Assembly: GCA_977030845.1 (NCBI GenBank)
Contig: OZ365114.1
Coordinates: forward strand, 14,508,001-14,572,000
Length of the DNA stretch: 64,000 nt
Reading direction: 5' to 3'
Source of the DNA: Fimbriosthenelais zetlandica
Lineage: Eukaryota
The notes beneath the pieces were generated by a model, which made no database searches, was not told the DNA's origin, and was given only the letters and a program-made list of their open reading frames with translations. Every line of letters begins with the position of its first letter. Within the stretch, counting starts at the first letter, position 1. Both the position numbers and the translations under genes were made by a program. Of this stretch, positions 55,718 to 64,000 are shown piece by piece.

Positions 55718-55762
55718 TGATACCCAATCTATACCTGATACCCAATCTATACCAATCTATAC
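55718..55762. repeat. 18-bp tandem duplication plus 9-bp partial copy (TGATACCCAATCTATACC x2, AATCTATAC)
   Basis: Read directly from the sequence. Confidence 0.9.
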
Positions 55763-57124
55763 AGTTCTGCCTCTCCGACCAACTGAATGTAACGCTTATT
55801 GCAAAATGCCAGGTCAATTGTTCCACCAATTCTTTTTAGCGGGGGGAAGTTGTTAAAAAAAAGAACAAGAAGAAAACAAGATAACGAGAACTGGGCAACC
55901 AGAGATAACAATTTGATGGACGAAAGAATTCCATATTAATTGCCTCCAAATCAAATCGTCTGGCCAATGCATGTCCTGCAAATAATCAACTATTGACTTG
56001 GGAGTTTGGAATGACAGCCAGTCGAAACGTGCGTGATGGTTGCCACCCAAAGGAATTCATGTAGAGTAAGGAAAACATTTCGCAAATGGATCACTCGGGT
56101 AATGTTCAATTGCAACTCTAGTTGCCAATAGTTGCTGATGTGGAGTGTTTCCCACTTCCTCTACCGCTAGCCAAGGAAGGGCCTGTCTGCCCAAGTCTTA
56201 CCATGCATGTCACTCACTTCTCAATACACAAGGGGCCGGATTGCCCCTGAGGGGCCAATGGGAATGTACAAATCACAACAATACCTCGTGATTAGGCTGT
56301 CACCACTGCTTGATAAATGGTCAATAGCACATCATTTTTTCCCATAATAAAGGGCGGGAGGAAATCAATAAAAAATAGCCCTTATTGGGATATACATAAA
56401 TGGCATGCAAGGGTTACAGGGGGAGTACTCTGAGCCCTCCATATCTATAATGAACATAGACTAATTGTTTCTAGTAAGGGGGACCTTGTCCATGGGGAGG
56501 AAATCTCGCTGAGGACATCTCTTCAATTAGATTTACCACAGCAGGGATTCAGGGACAAGGAGGGCGCTGCTGTGTCGCCAAGGATTGTTTTTATTCTTCT
56601 TCCTTGGGCTTTCATCGAGGGGACTCAGTCAATCGGCAATAAACATAAAAGGGACGTAATGATATTAAATGGCAAAGCGCTCGGTCTTGTACCTTCGGTA
56701 AAATGGACAAAAATAAGCTGGGGATGGAGATGGTGTGGCTTAAACATTCTGAGGTAGCTAACTTAAAGACGGAAAAAGATCCATCACAGGCTAATACAGC
56801 AAGGGACGGGTGAAAATCATTGGAGTATAGATAAGACATCCCTTTTAGACATAAAATACATGCAGTACATCAATAAATCTTGCTTAATAAAAGACTGAGC
56901 AAGTACTCCGACATAATACAATTTGCATAACAGATCAATACATCTGGGCATAAAAAGTCAGGAAGGTATAAAATATTGTTTATAACCTCTCATATGAGAT
57001 TTTTCTTGCATATTTCTTCGTATAAAACAAGCCATGTTTCACTAATATGACTTTATGACTGCGTATAAACTTGTTTAGTATCTATGGCTACATGCTATAC
57101 TATAATGTCAGAAAGTCTACTCAC

Positions 57125-57305
57125 CAACACAGACACGGTCTCCATTCGTCCCACATGGGCTTGCCTCGTACTGTCCAGGGGGACATCCAAAACTGCAGGC
57201 TGCAGTACAAGAAGAAATGCCCAGCATTATAACATATACAGTTGGCAACAACAGCTCGGCAGGCAACACAGTATGGGCAACCCGTAGCACAGACATCGTG
57301 TCCAT
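57125..57305 (-). CDS. Exon 1 (putative first coding exon) of a secreted TNFR-like cysteine-rich protein: MDTMSVLRVAHTVLPAELLLPTVYVIMLGISSCTAACSFGCPPGQYEASPCGTNGDRVCV
   Basis: Open frame from ATG 57305 (alternative ATG 57296). It has a hydrophobic core LLLPTVYVIMLGISS, then a Cys module C-x3-C-x9-C-x7-C, and ends at the donor G|GTGAGT (57124) in phase 1. An internal acceptor (ttcttcttgtactgcag|57199) could instead define a 75-nt phase 1-1 exon. Confidence 0.75.
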
Positions 57306-58810
57306 TTGTACGCGTTGTCCCAGGGATATCTTAGACAAAGCCCTTTCCTCTTTGGCATTACTGAGAGAAAAGTGTTACATAGTTCACTGAACTCATAGTC
57401 ATTGTTGTACAAGTACACCTAAATCCACCACTCCATATATATTGATGGAGACAACACATATGCTATGCCTATAGGGGAATTTTCTTCTCCCTACTAACAC
57501 GTAGTTAATGAAAGTTATAAGATGCAAGTAGTTGCAATATGTGAAACGATTAATGATGATTGACAGTATGGCAGTATAAGGAGTGAGTTATAATGTTTCA
57601 TCGCCAGTTTGTACCTCACTTGACCTTTTACCATGAACACATAACAGTGGGTATGGGTTAATCCCTGGTAATGTAACCTGAGGCTTCCTATGGCTCATCC
57701 TTAATCAATCTCCCCGATAGATTCACTGTTTATCTCCTCCGTACCGCGATAATACTCCATTCACATACTTATATAGCCTCATCAGCCAAAATGACCTCGT
57801 CAGGCAATACCGCTCCGCAAAAGCCTGTCAAAGCATCAATATAGACATACCAACAATGGCAAATGGTTACTCATTGAATACTGTCATTCATCAATGCATG
57901 GTGCCTAAAAATGAATATATAAAGGTGTGTACGTGTGGTTTGCTTTTTAGTGTATACCACCATCCGTTGCCTGCTCGTTGTTTGCCTTATTAGTAGTAAT
58001 GGCAAGTCCCGTGGGTTTTAAATTCCGTATAAGTGTAGGATAGTAGTATATGGAGTCCATCCTTATACTCAGGCGTCTATTAGCATGTACAGAGCCTGCT
58101 ATTTCCTCGAGACCGTGTCGGTGATTTGGAAGTTGTCCAAATTCTCTCACACAAGTGCTGTGGGTGTTGTTGATTTGCAACTGGCTTCAGCGTAAAGCTT
58201 TGCCTACTGTAACGGTGCCAAAGCCTTGATGGGTCGCCTGCTTGTAGATCTGCCTTATCTGTTGTCTATCTCCCTAACAAGTATTTCTTAAGAGGACCCT
58301 CCCATTCAGAGACCCCTGCCTATACCCTGACTATAACCTGGCCTGACTGCATCTAAAAACCTAACCTATCCTATTCCTTCACTCAAGATCTTTCACCCTT
58401 CGATAGTCCCCGCCCAGCCATCTTTATTGAAAGACACCCCCCAACTTATAACAACAGGGGCAGATCTACGACAGACAGTGCTGCAGTGTGGTTATGCCGG
58501 CCCAACTCCACCTCACTGATCCACCATTGACCGAAAAAGATGTCCTGAATGATAGTTGACTCTCTTGTAGACGTCGCGCCTAAAGGAGCCCGGACTGCAG
58601 GCACTCCTCTGGATCCTCCTTCCTGACTCCCAAACTCTCCTCTCGGTAACTCTCCGCCAAGGCGAGTCTGAGCTCCGGAAATGCGCCTTATGATGATCAG
58701 GACCCTGTCCTGACGTTCCTTCCTTCTATCCAGCAGCAGTACTCCGATGGAGGGATTAAGTCTTTTGCTTCTTCGTCCTCTTGTTGCTGCAGTTTTCTTG
58801 TTCTAAAGCT

Positions 58811-59050
58811 TCCACTACTTCTTCTCCTCCACCACCTCCACCTCCTCCTCCTAACCTAGTCCTCCTGCAGGCTGCTGTTGAGCCCTCACCTACTGGAGAG
58901 GAGTGCAGCTACAGCTCCCCACCTCATCCCAAGCAATCCTCTCCTCGGAATTGAATTGATTATGGTGGTTGGTTGGTTGGTTGGAGGCTAGCGGCTGTAG
59001 CGGTTCTCCCATCTACTACCACCACACCACCGCCACCGCCACCTCTACTG
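58811..59050. repeat. Low-complexity C/T-rich tract with (CCT/CCA)n runs and a (GGTT)4 microsatellite (58967-58984)
   Basis: Read directly from the sequence. Confidence 0.8.
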
Positions 59051-60199
59051 ACGGCTGCTTGCTGCTCCCCGATCCACCACTGCCATCAAGTTACCATTCT
59101 CCTTCCTCTACAGAAAGCCACCGTCATGCCACTGCTGCCGCCTAGCGCTCCGACAACAAGAGCCACAATTACTCCTACTTCTTTCCCGTACTCACATTAA
59201 TCCCCACTGCTTCCATGCCAATGTATTATAGGCAGCCTACTGCTATTCAGTCTTCAATATTTTCTCTATGCTTTATTGTCATCCGCATTTTGCCTTCGCA
59301 GTGAATGTTGTCCTGGCTCATGCACATGATATCTGCCAGATAATAGGCACAACCTTCTGCCTAAAGATACACTTGTAATTGTTCTCTGTGCACAATGTAT
59401 AATTTGTACTTTTGGGGCACATTAGTACGTAATATGAAACTTTTTTTCTTTTGGTTTTGCACTGTGAAAAAGATCCAATGAATCTTGGAATGAAAAGTGA
59501 TAATTGCTAGGGATGTATGCAACAATAAAATTGCTATCTCATGATGATTATTTTATAATGGGATAAAAGTCATACCGCCTCAGGGGTGCTGAGTAATATA
59601 TATGATCTCAATGTACCCTAACGAACCTTGCCTCTCAATATCAGGTACTCCATTTTGTGAGGTGTGTTAAAATATTATACATCCGACCTTCAATGCACTT
59701 GCCTCGTCTGACACAGGTAAGCTGTATTGTTAGGCGCTGCAGGCTATGTAACACCAGGGGAGACCCAAGGCTTTGTGTCATACTATTAGGGATTGCCTAG
59801 TACTGATGGCTTACCGTAAAAAAACTCGCAGGTATAGAAAATACAAATTAAAGCCTGCTGGAGGTGTTCCAAGTAAGTGAGGGATCAATATCGGTGTGGG
59901 TATAAATTTCAGACTAATATATTGGATAATGTTTTAATCCGATACAGTATGTACAGTGAACTATACCTACTTATACATATAGTTCATATATTATAGGGAG
60001 AGAGAGTGTTGGGGAGGCATTGGTCTTATTCAGCTCCCTGTGATTGAGTTCACGGTCTAGCGAGTTGATGCTTATACTCTAATACATCATAGCGTCATAA
60101 TGTCATCGCTACTACAGTGCTTTGACGGATTACGCCATTGGTGTTTCCACAAACTCTGGCCTTTCCATGTCGTCAACCTCGGTCGAATGAACAATCTCT

Positions 60200-60520
60200 T
60201 CCTACCTCCCAGCTCCCAAGATGAAGCATGTTATCTGACTATTTTTCTGTGCCACAGTAGCTGTCATCTGTCGGACAGATTCTCGGCAAGAGTTGGCCAG
60301 TCCTGGCTCCCTAAAGACCCGATGAATCAGGTAATTTGTCTAGCCATCTACACGCCCTCTTCTAAGCCATTCCCACTCTTAACACGCTGCTAACCTAAAT
60401 CTCGCAGGCTCAGTCCTTAATCTTCATTCACGCTACTGGATGGTGGGATGGCCTCACCGTCCACTAATCCTCACTTCTTTCTATACACAGAAGCACCGCC
60501 TTTCCACCGTCATTGCTAAA
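60200..60520 (+). mobile_element. Possible L1-type LINE C-terminal remnant
   Basis: PDESGNLSSHLHALF...LIFIHATGWWDG...RSTAF weakly resembles ES..HL...C and LW.IW..RN..IF. Confidence 0.25.
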
Positions 60521-62239
60521 CCAGCCTGTACCAGGCGCTTCATCAGAGGGACCACCCTACCTACTATACACCCACCCATCCCCCCACACCCACCCACTCT
60601 CCTGCTCCAGCCCTCGCCTCTGTTCCCTTTTCCCAATGCTCCTCCTTGCCCTAAAACAACCCTCCTTGGAAAGCCAATTCCCTGAACTAAATCCCTTACA
60701 AAACAAGTCCTATTAGATGCTCACCAAGGTGACCTTATATCTATCTTACCTCTGTTGTATTATGCAGTTAATCTGATGGTGGATTCACTTTAACCACAGT
60801 TAAGACCTTGCCGGGCCCCTCCCTGCCATCATGCATTAGCTAAATGACAGACTCTGTCTTCTAGTGGTTCCTCAATCTTTTTCCGAGCAGCACCTCCTTC
60901 CCCGTCCTCCGTTCCATTTACCTCCGATTCTCAAAAGAGGACAAAGGGAACGTTTGCCTGCAATGTGTGCTTCCTCCATCAGCCAGCCTAAAACTCATAC
61001 CTGCCACTTCATTACATCATTGATTGTTGTAAATGTTTTTATTCCCTTCAATTCCACACTTGTGCACCAATTGTAAACCCATGAAATCAATGACTTCACC
61101 GAAGGTGGTCCTGTCAAGAGCTGTCACCGCAATAAAAACGAGCACTTAACGGTACATAAACAGTTTCATGCCAGTAAAATGTGCTGCCAAGCCTAGTAAT
61201 TTCACACTGCCAGCCAGCAGGCTATTTTCTTAGCCAGCCCATTGTCTCCTGAGCAATTGGATCCAAATTGATCCATGGAGAACCATGTGCATGTACTCCA
61301 TGGCGAAGGTGCTTAGAAGAGGGGTTGGGAGGATCCCGACAATGCATAATTCATCAAAAATCACCCCATACTATCGTGACCATCTCTCTAGGCTATATAG
61401 CGCTTCATTAATTCTCCAGGAGAAAGGTGTCTGAAGTGGTTCTATTTAGTGATATAGAACACTGTTGTTTCCAACCTCCCGTAAAAATGTATGGCATTAT
61501 TATCCACTGGTTCTAGCAGGCATTGGGCATTCTTCATTCTGCGTATTGGGATGAGGAGCTTTCCGAATCATCCATTTCTGCCTGAGCCATTTGTTCATTT
61601 TCACATACTACTCACACTAACAGTTAACAGTGAAGCCACTCAGAATGAGAAGGATATGCCACATCTTAAATGACAATTGTGAGGAGCGGTGTGGTTGTAG
61701 AGGGGAGAGAGGGTGGACAGAGGTAGTAGTATAGGGCACAAGAACAGTAGCAGCTGCACCAACAGTATCATACAACCTGGTTATTCCCAATGTCAGAGTA
61801 CCATGGCGTGATCAGAACTTCTTCCAACATTTATGCTTATTTAAAACCTGTTTTTTCCTATTATATTTCCTGCCATGACCCTTGCTCATCCTCGGGCTTT
61901 ATTTCGTTTCATGACCTGACAGAAGGAGAGAGTTCCTCTGCTCTTGTGGAGTCTTCTTCTCAGTCTTGGTCTTGGTCCCTTTCAACCCAGGGACTGAGTA
62001 TGCATGCTAATGAGCCAGCCGACCAAGTCCCCGGATTTTCCTCTTAACTCCTCCTGAATGCGGACTCCTCCACCACCTTCTGTTTTCCCCATTTAGGGCT
62101 TCGTTCATAGTAACACCACTACTTTATTTCTCCCACTTTTTTCTTGGGTTCATTGAAAAAACATGGGTGAACGTAAAACTTGAGATCAAGCTCCAAATGC
62201 TCAACTAAGATGCAGAGGACACTGTGGAGAAGCTTTATG

Positions 62240-62580
62240 TTTCAGTTTTAATCATGATTCATGGCATCTCATTGACCAAGTTGCAAGAAGCTGGGCTGAA
62301 AACCTGGTTTTGGAGCCTTGGCGAGTGACAATCGACCCAGACAAACATCATATCGAACCTATACAAGATTCTAACAGTGTTTCTGTAGGTGAACAGACAT
62401 TTGGTACAAGGTTTTGATGCCAGGGGATATGTTCCTGTCAAGGCTAACGATTTATAGCATGGCAATACAGGCAATGTCGATTCTCATTCCTTTGCACTGT
62501 TGCAATGCCAACAAATTCGATGCTTTAATGGCTCTGATTCTGCAACAAGACCTCTGGTAACAATAACCTTGGAAATACCA
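62240..62580 (+). mobile_element. Degenerate Ty3/Gypsy RT fragment
   Basis: LTKLQEAGLK (L.EAGL.L), VNRHLVQGFDARG (FLGH.V...G) and QIRCFNG (EVRSFLG) in one plus frame with stops. Confidence 0.45.
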
Positions 62581-64000
62581 AAAAGGGAGGGTTAAAAAAA
62601 CCTCACTTTCAAAGCGCGTTTGCAAAGACGATGTTATTAATCATCATTTACTTCCATTAGAGATCCGTAACAGTTTGTTTACTCACCTAACAGGAAACTT
62701 AAAAGTGTTTTTTTCTTGTAATCCAAATAGACGGGGCTCTCAGGATAGAGTTCAGTTAAATGACAACCAAAGATTTGCTGACATAAGACGGGGTAATATT
62801 CACGCTTATCACTTATTACTCTAAATACCCACAGCAAATTTTCCAACAGACAACAGCGGCAATTAGTTCCGTCTTCAGGGCCGTATCAGCCGGCAACACA
62901 AAACGATCCTTTCAATTACACTAGAAGAGGACAGGAATAGTACCCACTACTAATGTTGACATTCTGAGAAATGTATGGCCTGGAGACTTCGTCTCTGTAA
63001 TAGGGACATATTGATTTACACCCAGGCCCATCAACAGTTAGTGCAATTTCATTAGAACTCAGTTAGCATTCCTTGGAAAAAGCAATGCATCATCGAGGGA
63101 TATATATAAGAAGGACGCTTGTAGCAGTCAGGAGGTGGCTCAGTATTAATCAGTCAAACCAAGTTTTATGTCTTATTACGTAGGACATTATCATACCCGA
63201 CTCCGCCAATGCTAATCCACGGATGCCACATTCATGTTGAACACACTGACCCTCTGGAATGAGCATTGACAATGGACGGGGATGGCATAATTAAATCAAT
63301 ATCTTTGAGCGCCTCCCTCCTGAAATGGGTAGCTCATACCTTTTAATTAACTATGACCACAACACTTAGAGTATAAAGGAGGATCTCACCATCTTTAATT
63401 ATTGGATGTCGGCGGGAGAAGCAATATATGTAATCAAAGGAAACAGTCGTAAAGTACCTTTTATACTGGCGCACATGCTGTGTTATAATGGGGCAAAATA
63501 CATCATAAGGGAGAATCTATGTGTTTTATGCTGCTATTGATAGTTCATTAGATCTAGTGGGAACCCTTTAAAGATGACTTGAGACTCATCTCGATTCATC
63601 AAAAAGACATTTCCAAGATATTGCTTGATTTGGGGACAGTGATTAGCCATTAGAGCTGATGGGAGATGAATGGAACGCACAATGTGTTGGAATATCAGCG
63701 AAGGACAAATACTTTAAAGCTTCCCAAATGCAGTCCTGCAGACAGTACAAGAATCAAGCCTTCCCTGTCTCCTGGTACTTGTGTGTACATAATGAACATT
63801 TGGGAGGAAATATTTACTTGCTTGCAAGTCTGTCGCTGTGGCCTGAAGCATCGATCAAGGGAGCTTATGATCAATATCGAGTGAAATATTGGGAGAATCA
63901 TCTCATATTGTGCCGCAGGGTTTCTTCTCTGTGATATCATATCCTGTATAACTCACAGGCAATGCCAGGCCAGGGCAGCCGTTTTGCAAAGGGCTGCCTT

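Noticed and set aside
59690-59815. Short intron-like segment (GTAAGC...CTAAT...AG) followed by CCTGCAGC, like the Cys-exon starts
   Set aside because: The phase-1 frame hits TAA after CSA, and the other frames give nothing coherent.
60300-60520. LHSRYWMVG suggested a BEL/Pao integrase
   Set aside because: The downstream GVDYAGP core is absent and the frame is inconsistent.
62680-62712. Minus-strand pyrimidine tract AG|GTGAGT, resembling a recursive splice site
   Set aside because: It is upstream of the supported gene, with no evidence that it is transcribed.
1-64000. CRISPR arrays, rRNA/tRNA genes, operons, and the many 60-130 aa ORFs as independent genes
   Set aside because: No regularly spaced repeats or RNA-gene signatures were seen. 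The short ORFs are random or TE-derived frames typical of intronic DNA.

Overview
Eukaryotic, roughly 40-43% GC (by eye), CpG-poor, repeat-saturated window with no prokaryote-like gene content. The main result is one spliced minus-strand gene that the ORF track misses. Five exons (57125-57305, 24376-24447, 23610-23666, 3185-3461, 1561-1735) have canonical GT-AG boundaries and matching intron phases (1,1,1,2), and join into a stop-free 254-codon frame that remains open at the 3' end. The product has a putative signal peptide, two tandem TNF-receptor-like cysteine modules (C-x2/3-C-x9-C-x7-C) and a ~170-aa domain I cannot assign. Its introns are 32.7 kb, 0.7 kb, 20.1 kb and 1.4 kb. They are filled with old, stop-riddled Ty3/Gypsy remnants (one with a chromodomain-like tail) and Ty1/Copia remnants, plus weaker L1-like and Mutator-like traces. 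Most recognisable retroelement fragments lie on the same strand as the gene. The TE mix and giant introns would fit a large-genome plant such as a fern or lycophyte, but the host cannot be established from sequence alone. TE calls come from manual motif reading across frameshifts, so their boundaries are approximate.
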